From: Longimicrobiales bacterium
Lineage (GTDB): Bacteria; Gemmatimonadota; Gemmatimonadetes; Longimicrobiales; Gaopeijiaceae
NCBI GenBank assembly: GCA_963422615.1
Contig: OY730414.1
Coordinates: 1,116,001-1,180,000, forward strand
Reading direction: 5' to 3'
Length of the DNA stretch: 64,000 bases
Part shown: piece after piece, positions 42,154 through 50,950 of the stretch
How the letters are laid out: every line of letters starts with the position of its first letter
Numbering within the stretch: position 1 is the first letter of the stretch
Notes under the pieces: model-generated
Databases searched by the model: none
What the model saw: only the letters and a program-made list of their open reading frames with translations
What the model was told of the DNA's origin: nothing
Position numbers and translations under genes: made by a program

Positions 42154-44210
42154 GCACAACCGAAGTGCGCATGGACGCCCTGGATCATACAGCCAACCGG
42201 GCCTTCCCCGGCTACTTGGTGCGCAAGGATCTGGTGCGGCGCTACGCTCGCCAATACCCCGTGCCAACCTATGTGGTGGAGTTCCTGCTGGGCCGCTACT
42301 GCGCCAGTGTGGACGAGGAAGAGATCGAAGAGGGTCTCGCCATCGTGGAGAAGCAGCTCGAGGGTCGGACCGTACGCATCAGCGACCGGGAGGTGTTCAG
42401 GTCGAGGGCACGGGAAGAGGGCACCGTCAAGCTGATCGACGTGGTGCGCGCCCGTTTGGACGCCAGGAACGATTGTTACGTGGTGGAGTTGCCGAGCTTG
42501 GCGCTCAAGGACGCGCGCATCGGTGACGGGCTCGTCAAGGACAACCAGCGACTCCTCTCCGACGGCTTCTATGCGGAAGTCACCCTCGAGTACGACGCCG
42601 TGGTCGCTTTGGAGGAGAAGGGACAGCCCTTCGGCATCGCGGCGCTTCGTCCCATACAGATGTCGGACCCGAATGTGCTGGCCGTCCTCGCACGGGGACG
42701 GCGCGCCTTTACGGCGCGGGAGTGGTTGGACTTTCTGTTGCGGTCGACGGGGCTGGAGCCCGCCGCCTTGGAGGAGCGAGCCAAAAGGATTGCGCTCTTG
42801 CGCATGGTCCCCTTCGTTGAGCGCAACTACAACCTCGTGGAGCTCGGACCCCGGGGTACGGGGAAGAGCCACGTCTACCAGCAGCTCTCCCCTTACGCCC
42901 ACTTGCTGTCCGGCGGCAAGGCGACTGTCGCCAAGATGTTCGTCAACATGGCCAACGGGCAGCGCGGGCTGGTCTGCCAGTACGACGTCGTGTGCTTCGA
43001 CGAGGTGGCCGGCATCTCCTTCGACCAGAAGGACGGCGTCAACATCATGAAGGGCTACATGGCGGCGGGGGAGTTCAGCCGCGGGAAGGAGAGTATTCGC
43101 GCCGAGGGGTCGCTGGTGATGGTCGGGAACTTCGATGTCACGGTGGAGCAGCAACAGCGGATCGGTCACCTCTTGAGCCCCTTGCCCCCCCAGATGCGCA
43201 ACGATACGGCCTTCCACGACCGGATCCACGCCTATGCTCCGGGGTGGGACTTTCCCAAACTTATGCCCCGGGAGCACCTCACCGACCACTTCGGTCTGGT
43301 CAACGACTTCCTGAGCGCCTGCTGGAGCCGGATGCGGGAGACGACCCGCCTGCCGATCCTCCAGAACCGGGTCTTCTGGGGAGGGGCGTTGTCCGGCCGC
43401 GACATCGAAGCCGTGCACAAGACCGTGTCGGGCTTGGTCAAGCTGCTCTTCCCCGACCCGGAGATGGAGGTCGGGGACGACGACCTGGAGTGGATCGTGC
43501 GGGTCGCACTGGAGTCGCGCCGGCGGGTGAAGGAGCAGCAGAAGCGCTGCCTGAAGGCCGAGTTTCGCGACACCCACTTTTCCTTCACCCTGGGCGTGGA
43601 TGGGACCGAGCAGTTCGTCGCCACCCCGGAGCTTCGGAGCGACGAAGCGATCGGCGCCGACCCATTGCCCGCAGGCCAACTTTGGGCGGTCGGGCCCGGC
43701 GTGGCGGCAGCGGGTCCCGGGCTCTACCGGATCGAGGTGACGGCGGGTCCGGGGAGCGGGACGAGGATACTCAACCACCCCGTCCCCCCCGCGTTTCGGG
43801 AGAGCGTGCGGGTCGGGGAGCAGAATCTGTACGCCGGGGAGAAGGTGCTCGTCGGTGACCGGAACGCCCGCGGCCACGAGTACTCGGTGCAGCTACGGCC
43901 CTTCGACGCGGACCGGTCCGGGGCGGGGCTGGGGCTGGGGGTCCTCGCCGCGCTGGTGGGCCGCCTTCTGGACCGGCGGACGCGGGGGGGCGCGATCATC
44001 GCCGGGCCCCTCAACCTGGGCGGATCGCTGGGCCGTATCCCCGACCCCGTGGCCATGGCCGAACTGGCCTTGGACAAGCAGGCGTCGGTCCTGCTCATGC
44101 CCGTGAGTGCCCGCCGCGAGCTCATGAACCTCCCCGACGAACTCTGGACGAAGCTCAACATCGAGTTCTACCTGGACGGCCCCGACGGAGTGTTCAAGCT
44201 CCTGGAGTGA
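42150..44210 (+). CDS. brxL: BREX BrxL (AAA+ ATPase with Lon-like C-terminal domain)
   Basis: VPTYVVEFLLGRYC, ELGPRGTGKS, VCFDEV, DTAFHDRIH and SGRD. 4-bp overlap with pglZ. Confidence 0.95.
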   Translation: MSTTEVRMDALDHTANRAFPGYLVRKDLVRRYARQYPVPTYVVEFLLGRYCASVDEEEIEEGLAIVEKQLEGRTVRISDREVFRSRAREEGTVKLIDVVRARLDARNDCYVVELPSLALKDARIGDGLVKDNQRLLSDGFYAEVTLEYDAVVALEEKGQPFGIAALRPIQMSDPNVLAVLARGRRAFTAREWLDFLLRSTGLEPAALEERAKRIALLRMVPFVERNYNLVELGPRGTGKSHVYQQLSPYAHLLSGGKATVAKMFVNMANGQRGLVCQYDVVCFDEVAGISFDQKDGVNIMKGYMAAGEFSRGKESIRAEGSLVMVGNFDVTVEQQQRIGHLLSPLPPQMRNDTAFHDRIHAYAPGWDFPKLMPREHLTDHFGLVNDFLSACWSRMRETTRLPILQNRVFWGGALSGRDIEAVHKTVSGLVKLLFPDPEMEVGDDDLEWIVRVALESRRRVKEQQKRCLKAEFRDTHFSFTLGVDGTEQFVATPELRSDEAIGADPLPAGQLWAVGPGVAAAGPGLYRIEVTAGPGSGTRILNHPVPPAFRESVRVGEQNLYAGEKVLVGDRNARGHEYSVQLRPFDADRSGAGLGLGVLAALVGRLLDRRTRGGAIIAGPLNLGGSLGRIPDPVAMAELALDKQASVLLMPVSARRELMNLPDELWTKLNIEFYLDGPDGVFKLLE

Positions 44211-47200
44211 GGGGAAGGCGCGGGTGACCGCACGCTGACGTCCACCACGAGCACCTTGATCTTGCGCCGTTGTTGGGGCGAAAGCGGCGCTTCCAGGCGG
44301 CGGTGCATTTCTTTCGGTGTTTTTGGGCGGCGGCCGGCCGGCGGTGAGGTCTTGATGTGGTCCTTGCCGAACCAGAGAACCAAGTAGATGCCGTATCCGC
44401 CCGATTCCGGGTCGCGAACGTACTTGGCGACGAGCTGGTCATTGATCGCACTCCACAGATCGCTGGAGCTGTTCTTCTTGATTTCCACCGGGATGGCGTG
44501 GCGGCCGTAGAACACCCGGATATCCGCGCGCTTTTCCTCGGCGTAGTGTCCTTCCGGCTGGGCGTCGACACCTTCGGGCAGCAGAGATTTCAGGTCGGAG
44601 AGGAGGGTATCCCGGCAGTCGTTTTCGTACCTGGGCTTTGGCTGGATCTTGTTGGACCCGGACCCTCGACCGGCTCCGTCCCAGTATTGCCGCCAGTCGT
44701 TGGTGTTTCCATCTCGAATCTGCCGAGCAAGCTGCTCCAGGCGATCGACGAGCAGGGCGGCGAGGTCGGCCGCGTTGGCGGGACGTCCGTCTCGAAGCGC
44801 TTCCCGGATTGCACGAAAGTCCGGGAACCGGAAGGTGGCGCTCCGCTGGACGACCGCCTGGCGGTCCCGGGCTGCGGAAAGAACCGGGGTCCACGTCTCC
44901 AGGGCCGGGTCGCGGATAAGGGACGCCAGCGCCTCTCCGGCCGCCGGATCAGCGTTTTCGGCAAGGCGGTTCACCCAATCCGGGACAAGGCCACTGACCT
45001 TCATGCCCGCGTCCTGCTCGGCCGACATCATCCTGACGCCCGCCCCGACTTTTGGGACCCAAGCATCCCGTTGATACCTTCCTCCCAAGGCCCGAACCAG
45101 CATGGCCAACTGCCGGGGGTTCAACTCCGTCCACTTCCCGGATGGGGGCGGAACGTCGTCCGGCGCGAGAAAGCCCACGACGTGCCGTCCTCTCGCTTCC
45201 CGCCCACTGTCAAGGAAGTCCACGACCTGGGGGACGCAATCCTTTGGCGATACAATCAGCCCCGCGCCCAACCAGAGCGCCCGCTGGGCCACGTCCATGT
45301 TGCGGGCAGCAAGCTTGCGCCGGACGCGTGACGCCAGATCGGCGTGCGGGGTGTGGCGGAGGGCCGCGTGCAGAAGCACGTGAAGCGTTGATATCTGCGG
45401 CTTCGTGCACCGGGTGGGGAAGGCTTGAAGCAGTTGGGGGACGGCAATCCGGGCCACCTTCCGGAACCTTTTGTCGCCAACCATGACGTACAGATGCGAG
45501 GTGTTGTCCCGGCGCCGCCGGATGAAGGACCGGTACACCTTGACCAAGGCTTCGGCGACAAGTTCAGGACGCGATTCGACAAATGCCAGGTACCACGGCG
45601 GTACGTCCTCAAGATACAACGGCGTTGTGTAGTAGAACCCCAATGATCCCAAGATGCCCGCATCGTCCAGCCCGCGAAGGACGTTTGCCCGCTGCCGGTC
45701 CATCTCCATCAGGCCGGCGAGAACCGGGTATGCCAGCAACGACATCTGGTTGTCCTTATTGAGGCTGATGATCCGGGACAGATCGGGGAGGTCCGGACGC
45801 TTCAGCGTTCGCCCCAATCCGGATAACGCCGAGGCAACGAGGTCCGGGACCCTATCCAGATCCTGACGCAGTCTCTGCCCGGGATCCTCTTGATCGCCAT
45901 GTCCAGTGTCCAGATACACTCGGCCGAGATGGTGCAGCAGCTTTGGCGCACACGTCCCCAACGCCAGGTCTTCTGCATGTTTTCGGACGTACGCGAGATA
46001 TTCCTCGCGTTCCCGTTGTTTCTTTTCAGTGTAGCTCTCTTGTTCCCGGCGATCTCGCTTCTCCAACGGCGAAGGTTCAACCGGTGCCACCAGCCGTTCC
46101 AGATGCTGGGCCAGCAGCGGAATCGACTGTACCCTGTGCCGAGCCTCAGTGAGCCAGGAATCAAGGGCCGACTTCGAATGATGTTCCACTGACCACTGCA
46201 ACAATCCAAGGGCGGCGTCCTCATTCGATTCGACCATAGCGACCGCCTGGTCCAGGCACCACGAAGCGAAACTGGGTGGCTCTGCGTATCCGAAAAACGT
46301 CTTACGAAGCTGCCACGCACGCCAATGGGAATAACCGGTGCGCGAATGTCGGTGAATGCCTTCCAGGAGCAGTTCGAACCCCAGATCGAAATGTTCGGCC
46401 AGCCAAGCATGCACAGCCTCCCAACCCTGGGGCCGCTGTTCCCCATCCAGGTCAAAGGCAGACCGGATCCAGTCGTACAGCTTCGAGACCTCGGTCTTGT
46501 TACCGTGCGCCTCCAACCCCCGTACCAAGAGCTTGACGACTTCCCTGCCAAGGCCAAGATAGTTGTGCACATAATCTTTCCGTTGGACACTTAGCTTGCT
46601 CCAGCCGTCGAGAAGCGCCGGGAGATCGTCATCGTCAGCTTTTTGCATAGTCCGCTGATACCAATACCCGCTAGCACCGCTAACCTCGGATGATACTGTT
46701 CTTGGAAAGTAGTCCCAAAGTTGTTCAGGAGTCACATCTGCAGGGTAGAAAGCTTGAAGCAGCATACCGCCAAGTGTATTATCCGAATCGAGTACACACC
46801 CATCTCGAATCTCATTCAAGAGGGCCTTCAAAGATCCCGATGAATCTCTTCCCTTTGCTCGAATCAGGGCCGTCCGCAGGCCGGCCTTCCGTACCGTCAA
46901 CCACCAACTGTCGTCACGCACCACATCACACAGCTCCGCAACCGACAGCGAATGCTCCGCTTCGGCCATTCCCCGGATGAGGAGGTACGTCACCCTCTGC
47001 CGCCCGTCGGAGCGGTCCGGCTCCGTCGTGAAGCGCCGGAGCGTTTCGACCGTCTTGGTGCTGACGAGAGACCGGCACGTCAACGAAGGCCAGAACCAGG
47101 GATCCAAGCGACCCGGTTGCTCTTCCAACTTATCGAGCAGGCGCTCCTTCTCGTCCTGGGCAAAGCTCTTGACGTCCCCGTAAAGGACCATTCCGATCGG

Positions 47201-48292
47201 ATCCGTGGCGATCAGCCGCTGTCGGGCCTTCGGGTTCAGCGCGGCGAGCCAAGCCGACAGCCCGCGAAGGTCGAACACCACGACCCCGTCGTGGCCGGTC
47301 ATGAGGGCCAGGACGCGGTTGGCAGGCACGCCCTCCTTGATCTTCCGGCTCAGGTAACGGGCCGCCAGAAATTCGCCGATGTGACGGTGCACCGGAGCCA
47401 AGCGCTGATCTTTGCTGGCAAAAAGCTTTGTCGTGAGCACGCGCCTCGATGCACCGATATCGGCGTCGCGAATATCTTCCAACACAACGCAGTCTTCATC
47501 TTCCACAGGATCTTGCGAAAAGCTTCCTTTACCGGAAAGCAGGAGAAGAGCCGAAAGCTGACCGGCCGCCGTCATGACTTCTTCGATTCCTAGGGCCGGA
47601 AGGGATCGTTGCGCGGCGCAGTGTTCGTCGTTGTGCTCCCGGGCCAGCTTCCGGCATGCCTGTGTAAACATCTCGAGACGGCTTCTAGGCCACTCTTTGC
47701 CCTTGACGACAACCTTGGCAATCAACTCGAGGCACAGGGGGTTGCGGAGCAAGTCATCCAGACCGTGGTCTCTAGCTCGCCGGAGAAAGTCGTCCGCGTC
47801 GTGGATTTGGTGACGGGAGAGAATCTTATGGACGTCGTCCTCACGGAGAGGATTCAGACGGAGTAACTTCAGATCCTCATAGCCGGCGAGAGAGGCGACT
47901 TCTCTTTCGTCGTTTCGCCCCAGCCAGTCCGCCACCCGACAGGAAATCCTCACACGCGGATTGCCCAACCGCTCCAGCTTCTTGAGTAGCCCATCCAAAG
48001 GTGAACGGGGATCACATCTGCCCGCCCGCACTTCATCCAGCCCGTCGATGAAGAGCGTCGTGCCTTGCCATTCGGGGTGCCGGTCAACCTTGCCTCGGAG
48101 AAAACGGCGGGCGGTTACAAAGTGGCCCCCGGTCCGATCGGCTTCATCCCGGAGGGTGGTGGTCTTTCCCGAGCCGGGATCGCCCAGGAGGACATAGGCT
48201 GGGTCAGCCCGGAAGTTCGCGAGGCGCCGCGAGGGGCTCCACTCCCCTACCTTATTCAACAACGTCACCGTTCGCGGTACGACGATTCCCAT
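44168..48292 (-). CDS. NACHT/STAND NTPase with helical middle region and C-terminal PD-(D/E)XK-like nuclease
   Basis: LLGDPGSGKTT, FIDGLDE, ISCR, RNPL and HRHIGEFLAARY. C-terminus has ENDCRD...EKRADIRV...PVEIKK...DQLVAKY...YGIYLVLWFG. Confidence 0.8.
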   Translation of the reverse strand: MGIVVPRTVTLLNKVGEWSPSRRLANFRADPAYVLLGDPGSGKTTTLRDEADRTGGHFVTARRFLRGKVDRHPEWQGTTLFIDGLDEVRAGRCDPRSPLDGLLKKLERLGNPRVRISCRVADWLGRNDEREVASLAGYEDLKLLRLNPLREDDVHKILSRHQIHDADDFLRRARDHGLDDLLRNPLCLELIAKVVVKGKEWPRSRLEMFTQACRKLAREHNDEHCAAQRSLPALGIEEVMTAAGQLSALLLLSGKGSFSQDPVEDEDCVVLEDIRDADIGASRRVLTTKLFASKDQRLAPVHRHIGEFLAARYLSRKIKEGVPANRVLALMTGHDGVVVFDLRGLSAWLAALNPKARQRLIATDPIGMVLYGDVKSFAQDEKERLLDKLEEQPGRLDPWFWPSLTCRSLVSTKTVETLRRFTTEPDRSDGRQRVTYLLIRGMAEAEHSLSVAELCDVVRDDSWWLTVRKAGLRTALIRAKGRDSSGSLKALLNEIRDGCVLDSDNTLGGMLLQAFYPADVTPEQLWDYFPRTVSSEVSGASGYWYQRTMQKADDDDLPALLDGWSKLSVQRKDYVHNYLGLGREVVKLLVRGLEAHGNKTEVSKLYDWIRSAFDLDGEQRPQGWEAVHAWLAEHFDLGFELLLEGIHRHSRTGYSHWRAWQLRKTFFGYAEPPSFASWCLDQAVAMVESNEDAALGLLQWSVEHHSKSALDSWLTEARHRVQSIPLLAQHLERLVAPVEPSPLEKRDRREQESYTEKKQREREEYLAYVRKHAEDLALGTCAPKLLHHLGRVYLDTGHGDQEDPGQRLRQDLDRVPDLVASALSGLGRTLKRPDLPDLSRIISLNKDNQMSLLAYPVLAGLMEMDRQRANVLRGLDDAGILGSLGFYYTTPLYLEDVPPWYLAFVESRPELVAEALVKVYRSFIRRRRDNTSHLYVMVGDKRFRKVARIAVPQLLQAFPTRCTKPQISTLHVLLHAALRHTPHADLASRVRRKLAARNMDVAQRALWLGAGLIVSPKDCVPQVVDFLDSGREARGRHVVGFLAPDDVPPPSGKWTELNPRQLAMLVRALGGRYQRDAWVPKVGAGVRMMSAEQDAGMKVSGLVPDWVNRLAENADPAAGEALASLIRDPALETWTPVLSAARDRQAVVQRSATFRFPDFRAIREALRDGRPANAADLAALLVDRLEQLARQIRDGNTNDWRQYWDGAGRGSGSNKIQPKPRYENDCRDTLLSDLKSLLPEGVDAQPEGHYAEEKRADIRVFYGRHAIPVEIKKNSSSDLWSAINDQLVAKYVRDPESGGYGIYLVLWFGKDHIKTSPPAGRRPKTPKEMHRRLEAPLSPQQRRKIKVLVVDVSVRSPAPSPHSRSLNTPSGPSR

Positions 48293-49653
48293 CTTCTCTC
48301 CAGCCAGTACGGTGCAGGCTCCGCAAGAAACTTGTGGAGTGGCACCCGTGCAGGTCGATCTACCTCAGCGCTGTGCCCCGAAGCGACCACGAAGACCGAC
48401 CGGGCCCCGGGGAACCGGCGCATGAACGCCTCCGTGCCCTTTGCCGATCCAGGCGGCGCTCTGCCCTTGCCACTCTTCACCTCGATGCCCAGGAGGTGGG
48501 GACCCCGGGACAACACGAAATCGACTTCGTTTCCCTTGTCCCTCCAGTAATGCAGACTCATACCCGGCGGACACGTATTGTAAAGGTGCGCCCCCACCGT
48601 ACTCTCGACGATCCGGCCCCAGTAGCTGCGGTCCGCGTTTGCTTCTTTGAAGGTGTAACCCGACGACGCCGTCATCACGGCGGTGTTGAGTACATTGAGT
48701 TTCGGGCTGGACCGTCGACGCAAGTGTGGCTTACGCGAGTACTTGGACAAACCGGCAACCAGCCCCGCGTCGGAGAGCAGGTCCAAGTAGCGCGCCAGCG
48801 TCGTTGTGTTCCCGGCGTCCTGGAGCTGGCCCAACATCTTGTTGTAGGATAGGATTTGCCCGGAATAGTGCGGAACCAAGTCCACGAGGTGCCGCATCAG
48901 CGCAGGCTTGTCCACCCGGGCCAACGAGACGATGTCGCGTTTGATCGCCGGCCCGACGATTGCCCCCTGGACGTACTCCCGCCATTCGTCTTCACGCCAC
49001 GTGCCGTATGTTCTTCCCAGATGTTCCGCCGCACCGGGATACCCCCCGAAGAACAGATATTCTTCCAGGCTGAAGTCGAAGGCAGCCATCATTTCCGCGA
49101 GAGACCAATGCTGAACGGGCACCGGGAGGAAACGGCCCGCCAGACTCTCGTTCAGCCCGGTGAGCATGGCCCAAGGGGCCGAACCGGTCACGATCACCCG
49201 AAGCGGGCAGCCCGAGGCCCGGTCCCGGTCCCACAGGCCCTTCACCACACCCGACCAACCCTTCACTATCTGGATCTCGTCGAGGGCCAGGATGAAACCC
49301 GGGTTCCGTGCGGCTTCCATTCGCGACCGCTCCCACACCTGCACGAGCCACTCCGTGTCGCGGATTTGGCGGATAGGCACCGCGTCCCGCAGGTGGCCGC
49401 GGTCAGCGAAGGCCCCGCGGCCGGGGTGCCGAGGATCGGCCCGGTCTCCCGAAGGATCGTCCACGGCGATGTACCCACCGGGCACACCCTTGCGCTCAAG
49501 TGCCCGAAGCGCTTGGCCCACGATGGTCGTTTTACCCGTCTGGCGGGGGCCGGTGACCGCGATGATCCGTTGCGGACCGTCCCGGGTCAGCAGGTGGACT
49601 ACCTGGTCCACGTGAGGGCGTGCGAAAGCTGTCATCCCCGAAAGGTAATCCAT
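48265..49653 (-). CDS. AAA_14 ATPase with DUF4143 domain
   Basis: TGPRQTGKTT, LDEIQ, VTGS, ESLAGRF, GGYPG, YWRD...EVDFV...IEVKSG. Alternative start ATG 49635. Confidence 0.92.
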   Translation of the reverse strand: MDYLSGMTAFARPHVDQVVHLLTRDGPQRIIAVTGPRQTGKTTIVGQALRALERKGVPGGYIAVDDPSGDRADPRHPGRGAFADRGHLRDAVPIRQIRDTEWLVQVWERSRMEAARNPGFILALDEIQIVKGWSGVVKGLWDRDRASGCPLRVIVTGSAPWAMLTGLNESLAGRFLPVPVQHWSLAEMMAAFDFSLEEYLFFGGYPGAAEHLGRTYGTWREDEWREYVQGAIVGPAIKRDIVSLARVDKPALMRHLVDLVPHYSGQILSYNKMLGQLQDAGNTTTLARYLDLLSDAGLVAGLSKYSRKPHLRRRSSPKLNVLNTAVMTASSGYTFKEANADRSYWGRIVESTVGAHLYNTCPPGMSLHYWRDKGNEVDFVLSRGPHLLGIEVKSGKGRAPPGSAKGTEAFMRRFPGARSVFVVASGHSAEVDRPARVPLHKFLAEPAPYWLERRWESSYRER

Positions 49654-49678
49654 TGAGTAAATTTACTCAATGGATTAC
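49645..49678. promoter_or_regulatory. Perfect 34-bp AT-rich palindrome (candidate operator)
   Basis: GTAATCCATTGAGTAAA|TTTACTCAATGGATTAC, between the divergent ATPase and SBD-HNH genes. Confidence 0.75.
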
Positions 49679-49796
49679 TATGGATCGTTGGATGGCCGCC
49701 GTGGCCATAGGGCCCCGACACAAGGGAAGAGTCGCCGCCGGAACCCGGGGCTGGTAGCTTTGCTGGCATCACCTTTGCCCCTCCCTGGAGGATTGA

Positions 49797-50735
49797 ATGA
49801 CTCGGGACGAATTCCTGGAAAGACTCGGCAAGCTCAACATCTGGCGGAGAGGTGCGGAGCACGCGCCTCACAAGCCGCTGCTGTTGCTGTGGGCGCTGGG
49901 GAAAATCAGGCGGGAAAGCGCTCCCACCTTCAGCTATGAAATCGAAGTCAAAGCGCCACTCCAGGATCTGCTAGAACGTTTTGGCCCGCAGCGCAAGAAG
50001 CATCACCCCGAAATGCCCTTTTGGCGTCTCCGGAGCGACAAGATATGGTACGTTCGCGATGCAGAGAATCTGGTCGTTGGCAGGGGGGGCCAGGTGTCCG
50101 ACGGGACGCTGATTCGCCAAGGCGCCTCGGGTGGCTTTACCGACGACGTGTATCGACTCCTGCGCTCCGATCCCGGCCTGGTGGAGACCGCGACCAACAA
50201 GCTTTTGCACGGACACTTTCCGCGATCCTTGCACGATGCGATCCGGGATCGGGTCGGTCTGCCCCGGGGCTGGCTTGTCGAGGACGCGATCGATTCCATT
50301 CTTCCCTTCCGCCAAGCTGTCCTAAGCGCGTATGAGCGGCGGTGCGCGGTGTGCGCCTTCGACGTACGCGTGGCCGACGATCTGATCGGCTTGGGGGCTG
50401 CACACATCAAGTGGCCGGTTGCGGGCGGACCGGACAAGGTGCAAAACGGACTGGCGCTGTGCAGCCTCCACCACAAGGCCTTCGACATGGGTGCTCTCGG
50501 ACTGGAGCCGGTGGCCGATACCTTTCGGGTCCTCGTGTCCAGCGAGATCAACGGCCAGAGTGATTCGTTCCTCCGGTTCCTGGACTTCCGGGGCGCTCCG
50601 TTGCGGCAACCCCAGAGTCCGGAGTTCCAACCGGCACCGGAATTCATCCACTGGCATCGCGAAGAGGTCTTTCGAGGAGAGCCCAGACCTTTCGCCGAAA
50701 TCCAGGACCTGCCCCAATCCAGGACCTGCCCCTAG
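49797..50735 (+). CDS. SBD-HNH phosphorothioate-dependent (type IV) restriction endonuclease
   Basis: Sulfur-binding-domain motifs APHKPLLLLWAL and PEMPFWRL. HNH region CAVC...AAHI...NGLALCSLHHKAFD. RBS GGAGG. Confidence 0.85.
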   Translation: MTRDEFLERLGKLNIWRRGAEHAPHKPLLLLWALGKIRRESAPTFSYEIEVKAPLQDLLERFGPQRKKHHPEMPFWRLRSDKIWYVRDAENLVVGRGGQVSDGTLIRQGASGGFTDDVYRLLRSDPGLVETATNKLLHGHFPRSLHDAIRDRVGLPRGWLVEDAIDSILPFRQAVLSAYERRCAVCAFDVRVADDLIGLGAAHIKWPVAGGPDKVQNGLALCSLHHKAFDMGALGLEPVADTFRVLVSSEINGQSDSFLRFLDFRGAPLRQPQSPEFQPAPEFIHWHREEVFRGEPRPFAEIQDLPQSRTCP

Positions 50736-50950
50736 TATAAGGAGCCCCGGTCATCCCCTTCGGGCGGCCACTGGTCATTTGCGGGCACGCAGGGTAATTT
50801 CAAATCCTTAGAGCCCGGGTTGGACGATCCGGATTGAACGATCGCCCGCGGTCCAGCTCGGCCGAACCTTGCTCCCACTAGCCCCCTCCCGGGTCGCATA
50901 AGCCCGCCCCACCCCTCGAAACCGGAACGGAAAGGACGGCACCCAACCGC

